The notes: generated by a model from the sequence alone, not told the origin. DNA of 31,060 nt from Candidatus Thorarchaeota archaeon (GCA_048884785.1 JBHLQM010000030.1:6240-37299), one strand, 5' to 3'; shown: positions 1-8,474, counted from the first letter of the stretch. Made by a program: numbers and translations.

Positions 1-170
1 TGAGTGACTTCTATCTCTGAATGAGAGTCAGGAAGGTTCAATTCGCCTCTAAAACGAAATTTAGCAGGGATATTCTGAAACAGGTCCTCAAGATTTGATT
101 TGCCTATAGATTCAAGCATTTCTTGTTGGGTTTCCTCAGTGATAGGAATCCAGGGATGTTTCCAGTTCAT
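1..170 (-). CDS. gcvPA: Glycine cleavage system P protein subunit 1, N-terminal part (runs off window start; not in ORF track)
   Basis: Manual translation from ATG at 170: MNWKHPWIPITEETQQEMLESIGKSNLEDLFQNIPAKFRFRGELNLPDSHSEIEVT, matching the GcvPA N-terminal pattern (P.T.E...EML..IG....EDLF..IP...R....L.LP...SE.E). Confidence 0.85.
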   Translation of the reverse strand, partial: MNWKHPWIPITEETQQEMLESIGKSNLEDLFQNIPAKFRFRGELNLPDSHSEIEVT

Positions 171-318
171 CAGATATACACCGACCATCCAGTAGTAATT
201 CTGGTCGGACTACTCCCTCCAATTAGCCTTTCGCATTGTGCGAAATATCTATGAGCGGGACGTATTATTTTTAAACAGTCACACATGACCCCACGCTACC
301 ACATAGGTGATAGCAAAC

Positions 319-633
319 ATGAAGCATTGGCTCATGGAAATCCTGATTTGTCCTATGAAAGACTGCAAGAGTGAGCTTAATCTTGAAATCTACGAAGCTC
401 ATCAAATGGAGCTTGAGGAAGAACAGATAGAGGAAATCGATGAGGGGCTTCTGACCTGTCCCAAATGTGGTCGATGGTATCCTGTAATCAGTGGAATTGC
501 CTGTCTGCTTCCTGATGATCTAAGGATATCGGGAAAGCAACATGCAGAGGAAACCAAGTTCCTTGAGAAATGGAAGGAGAAAATCAGCTCTAAGATCCTT
601 CAAAATGGGATTCCATTTGGTCTTGCTTCTTAG
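319..633 (+). CDS. trm112: Trm112-family methyltransferase activator (Zn-binding)
   Basis: MKHWLMEILICP..C...L.L...EI.EGLLTCPKCGRWYPVISGIACLLPDDLR is the archaeal Trm112 signature. ATG 319 chosen because GGTGA (306-310) precedes it. Confidence 0.88.
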   Translation: MKHWLMEILICPMKDCKSELNLEIYEAHQMELEEEQIEEIDEGLLTCPKCGRWYPVISGIACLLPDDLRISGKQHAEETKFLEKWKEKISSKILQNGIPFGLAS

Positions 634-645
634 GCCATAATTAAG

Positions 646-753
646 AGCCCCGTGGTGTAGCGGTCCATCATATCGGGTTTTGGAGTCACATAGACTCACT
701 CTATGTGATGAAAACCCCCGGTGACCCAGGTTCGAGTCCTGGCGGGGCTACCA
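646..753 (+). tRNA. tRNA-Gln(TTG) with 32-nt intron (684-715) at canonical position 37/38; CCA encoded
   Basis: Acceptor AGCCCCG/CGGGGCT, A73, CCA; D-stem GTGT/TCAT; anticodon stem TCGGG/CCCGG with TTG at 680-682; T-arm CCAGG-TTCGAGT-CCTGG. A1-U72 is typical of archaeal tRNA-Gln. The intron forms a bulge-helix-bulge, and removing it gives 76 nt. Confidence 0.95.
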
Positions 754-755
754 TT

Positions 756-1619
756 TTAGCCTTTATTGGACATTCTACTGACTGGCGGTTCAGGTATGTC
801 GCCGACTGTGTCTCTATGAAGTCTGGGAACTTGAGATAGAACAAGTCGATCTCCATTAACTAGCACATCCACGTTGATATGCTCCTTTAGACCACTTGTT
901 GAGATTTTCTTAACAAGAACAGCTTCAACCTGAAAGACACCTGCGGGATTATCCATTGCAACAGTAATATGAAGTGGTTTTTCCTTTCCTTTCTCAAGGA
1001 TAACATCATTGATTGCCATTGCACTGACACTATGTATGTCTACTTTTCCCTGATGAAAGGGAACCATGGTACGTCCCTTGGTCATATCACAGCCATCGCC
1101 CAACTTGGTGATTCCAGCCTCAAGTGTCAGGCATTGCGTGTCGTCATCATGGGCATATATCCCATGAAGTATTGTTGAGAGAATGTCAGAGGCTTTTCCA
1201 GGGTCATCATATATGTGTTCTAGTTTCCTTTCTAAAATCGGAGCTGATAGTTGGATTGCGGCCTGATAGTGTTCTTGTCTATGAATTACCATTCCGAGGT
1301 CATGTAGGTATGTTGAAGCCAACACTACAAGCCGAGCATCATCTGAATCGCCAATACCCTCTGCGACTATATTTGGTTTGAATGTCTGATCAAGTATATC
1401 AAATATCTTCAGAGCGTTCCATGTGGCGACTTCGGCATGTACTGCTCCATGATCAGTATATCCAAGACGCGACACTGCCATTCGATTTGCAGTACGTAGA
1501 TAAGACTGTACTCGAGGAGAACCATGCAAGTATTGGTACATCTCAAGAGATTTTGTGTTTGGTTTGAGAAGCTCTCGAGGGCTCACCTTCTCTCTATCTA
1601 GGACTTGTACGTTATTCAT
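756..1619 (-). CDS. HD-superfamily metal-dependent phosphohydrolase (COG3294-like)
   Basis: Motifs RLGYTDHGAVH, YLHDLG, IYAHD, KLGDGCDMTKGR, DIHSVSA, NPAGVFQV. Confidence 0.85.
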   Translation of the reverse strand: MNNVQVLDREKVSPRELLKPNTKSLEMYQYLHGSPRVQSYLRTANRMAVSRLGYTDHGAVHAEVATWNALKIFDILDQTFKPNIVAEGIGDSDDARLVVLASTYLHDLGMVIHRQEHYQAAIQLSAPILERKLEHIYDDPGKASDILSTILHGIYAHDDDTQCLTLEAGITKLGDGCDMTKGRTMVPFHQGKVDIHSVSAMAINDVILEKGKEKPLHITVAMDNPAGVFQVEAVLVKKISTSGLKEHINVDVLVNGDRLVLSQVPRLHRDTVGDIPEPPVSRMSNKG

Positions 1620-1686
1620 CTAGGGAACCTCAGAGGGACCTCAAAGGAGGCCCCCAAGTTTGATAAGACTTCCGACAGAGGAATTC

Positions 1687-4641
1687 TTAGATTTCGCCAG
1701 CTTCTTCCTGAATTGTCATCAGAATTCTGTCAGTCGCTGTCGTGGCCCGCTTTATGGTTTTCAGATAATCCTGTCTGGACTTCTCAAAAGCGGCACGGCT
1801 AATCCTCTGTTTCTTCTTTCTAATGAGGAGTTGGCGAAGGCCAGCTTTGGCACCTTCAATCTTCTCATCTTGCAGCTCAAGTTGAGAGATTAAATCACGA
1901 TAGCGAGCGCCGTGTTGTGATAAATCACTCTTCAGGGAGGGGAGAATGCTATCAGTCTCTTGGATTTGCGTCTTAAGATCACGCTCACGAATCATAAACT
2001 CCTTCTTGCTCACCTTCCCCTTTCGTCTTGCAGCCTCGAGTTTTTCAAAGTCCATTGCAAGAGCAGTCTTTCTAGAGAATGCTTTTGCAAACTCAGAGAG
2101 GAGTTCAGGAGGCGCACCTGCCTGACGGGTTTCGGAGAACCTCTCACCTTCAGTTATTTGCGTAGAGTCTTCAGCGAGATCTGTTCGCCTATACATGATG
2201 TAAAGGCCGGCTATCAGACCAATAATCAATGAGAATACTGCAGGTCTTGCCAGAGCTGTGATATTCGTAGTATAGACCAACGAAATCTGAACGGGATTGT
2301 ATCTCGTAGTGTTGTATGTGACATATTGAACAGTAGTATCAAAGATACCAAATAATAGTCTGTATTCACCACTTGCGGAATTCAAACCTACTGAATTTGG
2401 CAGTATAACATTCACCACATGTTTTGTGATAAGTACGTCTCCCAAGGTCCCCATAGGAAGATTGATGCGGTCGCCTAGTGATTCCTGTGAATAATATCCA
2501 ATCATCTTAACTTTGAAGTCGATGTAGAATGTATACTGGTATCCAGGCCAGAGGCCGTCCTCTCCAAAGCGATCCTTTTGGAGATTCACTTGCAAATCAA
2601 CAGTAGTATTTAGATCCCAAGTGCCGCCAGGTTGAGAATCAGCAAGAATACCTACCTCATCATATATTGTGACCGTTGTCGTATATTCAGGACAGGTAAA
2701 AAGGAAAATACTTTCTCTTGTAGGACCGATATTCTTCAAAGAAATTGTTTCTCTGAAAATAAGCCATCCCCACGGGTCCACAGTCACATCAGTTCTTCTC
2801 TCAGCAACAATAAGCGGAGTGAATGACCTCATTGAAAATGTGAACTTCTCATCCTGCAACGGGACTAAGTTATTCTTTAGTCCTTCAGGACTTGCACCAA
2901 AGAGGCTGTCACCACTTCGAAATGCAAGGGTTAATTGAGAACTCCTTATGACGTAGGGGAGCATTGGATGCCTCGGAAATGTAACTTCATACTCGTTTTC
3001 ATCAAAGTCTGTAAGTGTATGGATTGAATGAAAATGATAGACTATGGTAAATGTATAGCTCTCTTGGAAATCAATTGGGTTGTACATATAGATGCGCCAA
3101 TGTTTGAGCCCCTGATAATCCTCAAGAGACACAATTTCAAGAGCGTTATCTTCACTATCAATGCCAGTTATATCAAGTAGTCTATTGGCATATTCAAATT
3201 GCATGAACATCTCTATTGCGCTGATAGGTGCAGATCCGTTGTTCGTAGCTCTGAATTCATCTCTAACTTCATCAGAATGATAGAGTTTTGAGGAGAATGT
3301 TCGAGTTATATCAAGTTTCATACCCAGAAGTGGCAAGTATGGTCGCTCAATAGTAATATTGACTGATATGATGCCTGTCCGATTTGAGATATCAGTTGCA
3401 TTGAACCAGATTCTATGTACTCCAATAATATACTCTGAGAGGTCAATTGACGTTTCCCACAAATCCGTCTTAAAATCATAGATTATTTCTGACCAATTCT
3501 CATCGTTCATTCGATAGAATGTCCTTCTAACATAGATGTTGTCAGTGATGTTGAGAGATATTTTGGCAACATATCCCAGCGTCGCGTTCTCTTCAGGACT
3601 CAGAATCATAATATCAGGAGCCTGATCCTTAATGAATGTCATTTGTGGGGGGGTTGCCCATTCTGAGTGCTGGATAGGTAGATCCCTAATATCCTCACTA
3701 TCGCTGTACATGAGAACAAACGGATAGGAGATATCAGTCATGTTGAGTAGAGGAATATCATGAGGGTCCGTGCTATTCATTTGGACGTAATATTCCAAAC
3801 GAGTCGTCGACCCATCATCAGTTCCATCAGCAGCAAGAATTCGACTTTGATTTACGTCAGTCTTATGTTGAAATGTGCTTATTCCATACTCATCGCTATA
3901 CACGATTGCACTTCTATCCGCTGGGTCAATGTAGTTGCTGTTGATTCTTGTTAGAGTAATGACGTACTCCAAATCTTCTCCGTACATAGGATGACTTGGC
4001 TGATTATAGGCGTCTTTTGCGGGAATGATGAAATGTCTCACTTCCCCAATTCGCATCCCAATTATCATATCTTTGTAGCCCTGAAGGAGACTCTCTTGGG
4101 ATATTGGAGTTGTAGACTCATCATTCGGAACATCGCCTTCCTCGAGTATTGTTCCATTTCGATGGGAGAGAACATAATGAACTGAAACGACATCACTTGG
4201 TCCCACGCGAGGAACATTGTCATATACTTCTCCCGGGGTATATCCGAAGAGGAGATCAGAATTGTTCAGCCCATCTTCTTTGAAGTCATCTGTATAGTTC
4301 TTCCAGCCAATAGCAATCCATCCACTAGTGTCAGCTTCAAGACCAACAAATAGTACTGTAGCATTCTGCTCCATGTATACGGTGATTCCTGTTATTGAGT
4401 CTGTGTAGCTAAATGCGTATTCTGTGGGATCGATAATGCCATCCGCACTACCGTAATGTTTGTAGACATAGGGAATAGATAGATTGAGAAGTGACTCCGA
4501 AGCCTGCGCTTGCTGCTTTATGCTTGGATTCACTAGACTCGAATCCCATGTGTCATCTACTGGTATAGTCGCCATGATACTACTCGAGAAGAGAAGTGTC
4601 AGTAACAGTATAGATGCAATTCTTTGATTCAGTAGACCCAA
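1687..4641 (-). CDS. Type-I membrane protein: signal peptide, DOMON-like domain with inserted FKBP-type PPIase, Ig-like domain, ribophorin I (OST1/RPN1)-like luminal domains, TM helix, helical cytoplasmic tail
   Basis: TTG start with GGTGA upstream; hydrophobic signal aa 8-24; DOMON motifs GWIAIGW...SDLLFG and D.Y...H..D...G.DDG.TT.LEY...D.HD...H; FKBP motifs DVVSVHY, QGYKDMIIGMRIGE...IPAKDAY, HPMYGEDLEY; ribophorin I motifs RTDVTVDPWGWLIFRETISLKNIG, TIYDEVG, RF...LWPGYQYTFYIDF, VVNVILP; TM aa ~797-817. Confidence 0.8.
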   Translation of the reverse strand: MGLLNQRIASILLLTLLFSSSIMATIPVDDTWDSSLVNPSIKQQAQASESLLNLSIPYVYKHYGSADGIIDPTEYAFSYTDSITGITVYMEQNATVLFVGLEADTSGWIAIGWKNYTDDFKEDGLNNSDLLFGYTPGEVYDNVPRVGPSDVVSVHYVLSHRNGTILEEGDVPNDESTTPISQESLLQGYKDMIIGMRIGEVRHFIIPAKDAYNQPSHPMYGEDLEYVITLTRINSNYIDPADRSAIVYSDEYGISTFQHKTDVNQSRILAADGTDDGSTTRLEYYVQMNSTDPHDIPLLNMTDISYPFVLMYSDSEDIRDLPIQHSEWATPPQMTFIKDQAPDIMILSPEENATLGYVAKISLNITDNIYVRRTFYRMNDENWSEIIYDFKTDLWETSIDLSEYIIGVHRIWFNATDISNRTGIISVNITIERPYLPLLGMKLDITRTFSSKLYHSDEVRDEFRATNNGSAPISAIEMFMQFEYANRLLDITGIDSEDNALEIVSLEDYQGLKHWRIYMYNPIDFQESYTFTIVYHFHSIHTLTDFDENEYEVTFPRHPMLPYVIRSSQLTLAFRSGDSLFGASPEGLKNNLVPLQDEKFTFSMRSFTPLIVAERRTDVTVDPWGWLIFRETISLKNIGPTRESIFLFTCPEYTTTVTIYDEVGILADSQPGGTWDLNTTVDLQVNLQKDRFGEDGLWPGYQYTFYIDFKVKMIGYYSQESLGDRINLPMGTLGDVLITKHVVNVILPNSVGLNSASGEYRLLFGIFDTTVQYVTYNTTRYNPVQISLVYTTNITALARPAVFSLIIGLIAGLYIMYRRTDLAEDSTQITEGERFSETRQAGAPPELLSEFAKAFSRKTALAMDFEKLEAARRKGKVSKKEFMIRERDLKTQIQETDSILPSLKSDLSQHGARYRDLISQLELQDEKIEGAKAGLRQLLIRKKKQRISRAAFEKSRQDYLKTIKRATTATDRILMTIQEEAGEI

Positions 4642-4819
4642 TACTAATCACCGTTATTGTTATAGGGCTATGGCGGCCTCAGCGGCCGGACCTATGAACG
4701 ATGCGCTCCAGTTTCGGGTTCGTTAAAATAGTTTCCGTTAGATTAGACCTTGTACCTAGTGCGAAAAACGAAAAGCGTAAAATGGCTATCATGCTGCGGA
4801 ACTTAAGGAGAATAATTGA

Positions 4820-5830
4820 ATGCTGACCATCCTAATCGCTCTGCTGCTATCATTCATCATTGTTTTGATTTTCATGCCAGGAACCATACAATTACTGAGA
4901 GAAAGAAACATGGTGGGCATAGATGTTCACAAGCCAAATAGGCCAGAGGTTCCAAAGGGAGGCGGTTTTCTTGTCCTCTTTGCCATTGTAGCTGCACTCC
5001 TAGTGGTAATTGGGATAGCTACTTTCCAACAAGGAACCGTAAATCCCGGCCTGCTTGCAGCACTTGTGTCGATTTTGATGGCGGGAATGATCGGACTTCT
5101 GGATGATAATTTTGATTTTAGAAACAGAACCAAAGTGACCCTGCCAATAGTAGCATCAATTCCTATGATAGTAATGCAAGTCGGTACAACCACCATGCAG
5201 GTTCCCTTCATTGGAACTCTAGACCTCGGAATCATCTATCCCTTGATTGTGGTGCCTCTAATGATGACCTTCATTATTGATTCTACCAATATGTATGCCG
5301 GCATGAATGGTCTAGAAGCCGGTCTTTCCATAGTAAATTCATCAGCATTGGTATTCTACCTAATATTGAGGCCAATCGCAACCGGAGATCAATTGACTGG
5401 AGCACAGATTGATGCAGGAACTGTTGCTGCAGCTCTCCTTGGGGCATCAATAGCATTTCTTGTATTCAACAGATATCCGGCAAGAATCCTGTCCGGAGAT
5501 GTTGGTCTTCTTCCCATAGGGGCAACGATGGCATCAGCATTAATTCTTGGAAATATGGATAGATTGGCATTTGTTTTCTATGCACCCTTCATGGTTAATT
5601 TCCTTCTCTATGTCGTCTACAGACTCCATGTTAAGAAAACAAATGAGAGGTGGACCAAGTTTGCTAGCCCCAGGGAAGACGGAACTCTCGAGGTCATTGG
5701 ACCATATACATTATACTGGATACTGCCTTCAGTTTCAAGAAAGATTACCGAAAAGAGAAATGTCATTTTGCTTGTCCTCGGACAGGCAATTCTGGTGTAT
5801 ATTGCACTTGGATTCATCCTATTTGGATAG
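4820..5830 (+). CDS. aglH: UDP-GlcNAc:dolichyl/polyprenyl-phosphate GlcNAc-1-phosphate transferase (GPT/DPAGT1/AglH; MraY/GT4 family)
   Basis: Polytopic membrane protein with GIDVHKP.RP.VPKGGG, GLLDD, NMYAGMNGLEAG and FNRYPARILSGDVG; AGGAG upstream of ATG. Confidence 0.85.
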   Translation: MLTILIALLLSFIIVLIFMPGTIQLLRERNMVGIDVHKPNRPEVPKGGGFLVLFAIVAALLVVIGIATFQQGTVNPGLLAALVSILMAGMIGLLDDNFDFRNRTKVTLPIVASIPMIVMQVGTTTMQVPFIGTLDLGIIYPLIVVPLMMTFIIDSTNMYAGMNGLEAGLSIVNSSALVFYLILRPIATGDQLTGAQIDAGTVAAALLGASIAFLVFNRYPARILSGDVGLLPIGATMASALILGNMDRLAFVFYAPFMVNFLLYVVYRLHVKKTNERWTKFASPREDGTLEVIGPYTLYWILPSVSRKITEKRNVILLVLGQAILVYIALGFILFG

Positions 5831-5850
5831 CCAATCATCTTTGATTGGCA

Positions 5851-6912
5851 TCATTTTATTTTCAACAGCTTCTGAGGCAAGTATTCATCCACAACAAAAT
5901 CCATCCCGTATCTGCTGAATGCCTGTTGTTCTGCTTTCTTTCTCAGTTGCTGATAGGATTCAATCTCCTTTTGCCAATCTTCTCTGAGATACCTGCTATC
6001 TCGAGTGAGCTCGTCAAGACGTCTCAGATCCCTATCAGTCAAAGCCTCATTAGGCAAATCAAAATCCACAATGTCCTGAGCAGTCACACCAATCCATTTT
6101 GCGTCAGGTATTGCCAATCCATCTATATGGGCTGCGTTTGCGCTTCCTGCGATAATGACTTGGGCTATATGCATACCCCATGGATCACCATCAGTGAATA
6201 TTGCAACTGGCAAATCAAGATCTTTGTGAAGACAGTGCATTAGTCTTCTGGTCGAACGAGGAGCTTGTCCTCCAAGGTGAACTAAAATAATCTCGAATCT
6301 TTCCCAGCTTCTTGTTTCAATTAGCCTCGAAAACATACCACCGGATTCAACTGCCAGAATCATTTTCGCATCAGTTCTGACAGGTTCTGCTGTGGTAAGT
6401 GCAGGACCAATAGGAAGACCATCAGGGCTAATAGTGAGATCAACCTCTCTGTTTTCATATCCTGATACTGTATATTTCATAACCACTCTGCCATAAATCG
6501 AAGAATGTTCTTCAGGAAAAATGCCAAAGGCTTCCCGAGGATGACCCGTGATACATTCCAAGTCAGATACAATTCTATCTGATTCATCTTGATTCTTGAA
6601 GTCAACACCAAATGCTTCACTGGAGTAGTATAGATCTCGCAATGAACTGGTCCGACCAGTATTCAAGAGCCTCTTCGCATAGGATGCTGTCCACATTAGC
6701 TGCATGAAGCTCTTAACGTGCTTGATATTTGATGAGTCTCGACGGGACTTTGCATTGCCTAAAATGAATTGACCTGTTTCTTGATTGAAGACAATGTTAC
6801 TCGTACTCCTATCAGGGATGTCAAAGGAAGGATAATCACCACACTCGACTGAACGCAGAACTGTCTTCCCAAGTTCAGTGAGCTTCTCTGAGGGACTACT
6901 GATTCTTGACAT
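5851..6912 (-). CDS. top6A: DNA topoisomerase VI subunit A
   Basis: Catalytic SLRDLYY, F.NQ.ESD, TOPRIM VESGG and TDGDPWG, KKAEQQAF. Start 6912 follows GAGGTGG (6918 is the alternative); overlaps the top6B end. Confidence 0.95.
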   Translation of the reverse strand: MSRISSPSEKLTELGKTVLRSVECGDYPSFDIPDRSTSNIVFNQETGQFILGNAKSRRDSSNIKHVKSFMQLMWTASYAKRLLNTGRTSSLRDLYYSSEAFGVDFKNQDESDRIVSDLECITGHPREAFGIFPEEHSSIYGRVVMKYTVSGYENREVDLTISPDGLPIGPALTTAEPVRTDAKMILAVESGGMFSRLIETRSWERFEIILVHLGGQAPRSTRRLMHCLHKDLDLPVAIFTDGDPWGMHIAQVIIAGSANAAHIDGLAIPDAKWIGVTAQDIVDFDLPNEALTDRDLRRLDELTRDSRYLREDWQKEIESYQQLRKKAEQQAFSRYGMDFVVDEYLPQKLLKIK

Positions 6913-8422
6913 CGTCATCCACCTCGAAGAGTTTCCTAATCATTTGGTCGGCATCAGGTAGTTTAGCTGCCCCAGCAACTTCGCCACTGAACTTCACGAT
7001 TAGTTTGAATGCCCTTGAAAACTCTCTATATTTCCTCTGGTATCGTCCTGCAGCTATATGCTTCTCTGAAATCTTGTTTAAACGTCGACCTAATTCCCTG
7101 TAAAGACTTAGAATCTCAGAGTCTATTGTACTTACAGATGCTATTGATTGCTTGCCCGCCGCGGAATAGGGCACTCTGGTAGAACAAAAATGTACAAAGA
7201 GTGCTACATTGTTTCGCTCCTTCAATCCATACTTATTCCAAGGAATTTTCTTGAGAACTTTTGCAAAGACATCATCCGTGGTATCATATAGCAGTGGAAC
7301 TCTGTTTGCAAATCTTATGAGCAAAGGTAAGTCATTGCTCTGGAATTTATCACCGAGTGCTAATGCCCCTTCTATGATATAGGGAAAGCCATCCCAATCT
7401 AATGGACCTCTAGTTCCATACGACATGACTGTGGATTCAAACTCAGCTTTTATTGACCGGAGAAATTGCTCCTCTCCAATTGGGCTCAGGCTGTCCGCCC
7501 GAGGACGTCCAAACTCCGAGTATTTTCTTAAGGAGTGACTGATACGAGAAACATCAGCTCGAGAGAGAGTTCCAACACTTACTTGGGGATCCTGATTAAT
7601 GAATTTGAGAAACTTTCGTGCTGTTTGAACACCTATTTGCTGGAATGAATCAACAAGAAACTCAGAAAGTCGTGCATCAGATCTTTCTGCTATTAAGCGG
7701 CGAAGAAGCTCCATATCTGCAGCATGCGGGTGAGGTTTCGAAACAGTTGGAAGTTGTGGGAGAGTCTTAGTGAATCCTCCAAATCGCAATTGATCATGGC
7801 CTATGATGTCCAATTCAAAAAGAGCGTAAGGCGATGATATTCCAGACAGTCTGATATACTCGATTATTCTCTCACGCGCTCGTGGAAGGTCCCCCTGAAG
7901 TTCAACGGTGACAGTTGTTCCAACTTCGGATCGAGGCTTCTTTTTAATCCAATGGATTATTGGAGCGTTCTTTTCGACATCTACTAATATGGAATATTCC
8001 ATGCCCTCTGAATCAGAAGTTCTGGTGTGAATAATAACTGGAGAGTCTGCGGTAATCTGTCCGTAGAGGACTGACATCGTCACGCCCAATCCGAAGGTAC
8101 CTCTTCGTTGACGTGAATTATATTTGCTCCCGTATAGAACTTGACCAAATGCTTCAGGCACAACATCAGTAGGGACGCCTGTACCATTGTCTGAAACAGA
8201 AACCAGAACTACATTCGGAGTTTTTCTATCAATTGTTATCAGGATTCTAGGTAAAACTCCTGCATCTTCACAGGAATCAAGGCTGTTCTCAACTAATTCC
8301 CGAACTGTGGTAAATAATGCCTGCGTTGGATTACTAAATCCAGCCATTTGCCTGTTCCGATAGAAGAATTCTGCCGGAGATATACCTCTGAAGGTATCAA
8401 CAGACGGTGATTCAATCATCAT
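6896..8422 (-). CDS. top6B: DNA topoisomerase VI subunit B
   Basis: ISPAEFFYRN, GHKL motifs RELVENSLD, DNGTG, SKY..RQ.RG.FGLG, GTTV; RFANRVPLLY; STRVPY.SAGKQSI. Start could be 8428, 8422 or 8419. Confidence 0.95.
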   Translation of the reverse strand: MMIESPSVDTFRGISPAEFFYRNRQMAGFSNPTQALFTTVRELVENSLDSCEDAGVLPRILITIDRKTPNVVLVSVSDNGTGVPTDVVPEAFGQVLYGSKYNSRQRRGTFGLGVTMSVLYGQITADSPVIIHTRTSDSEGMEYSILVDVEKNAPIIHWIKKKPRSEVGTTVTVELQGDLPRARERIIEYIRLSGISSPYALFELDIIGHDQLRFGGFTKTLPQLPTVSKPHPHAADMELLRRLIAERSDARLSEFLVDSFQQIGVQTARKFLKFINQDPQVSVGTLSRADVSRISHSLRKYSEFGRPRADSLSPIGEEQFLRSIKAEFESTVMSYGTRGPLDWDGFPYIIEGALALGDKFQSNDLPLLIRFANRVPLLYDTTDDVFAKVLKKIPWNKYGLKERNNVALFVHFCSTRVPYSAAGKQSIASVSTIDSEILSLYRELGRRLNKISEKHIAAGRYQRKYREFSRAFKLIVKFSGEVAGAAKLPDADQMIRKLFEVDDDVKNQ

Positions 8423-8474
8423 ATTCAAAGAAGTTCAAACATGATAACGATTTCAGAGCGCGTATTACGGAGAG

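Noticed and set aside
672-722. Alternative reading of the tRNA as Lys(TTT), or intron at 38/39
   Set aside because: The Lys reading needs G32 and shortened D/variable spacing, while A1-U72 and the D-arm match Gln; only 37/38 gives a complete BHB.
720-760. tRNA 3' end as an integration (att) site
   Set aside because: No duplicate of the tRNA 3' end and no integrase seen; a housekeeping-type gene ends 2 nt away.
3658-4446. Heme-binding cytochrome-type DOMON
   Set aside because: The Met ligand position reads Leu (GLNNSD) and there is no cytochrome b561 partner; only the His is kept. Disfavoured, not excluded.
4674-4688. CGGCC-N5-GGCCG inverted repeat in the divergent promoter
   Set aside because: 5-bp arms are expected by chance.
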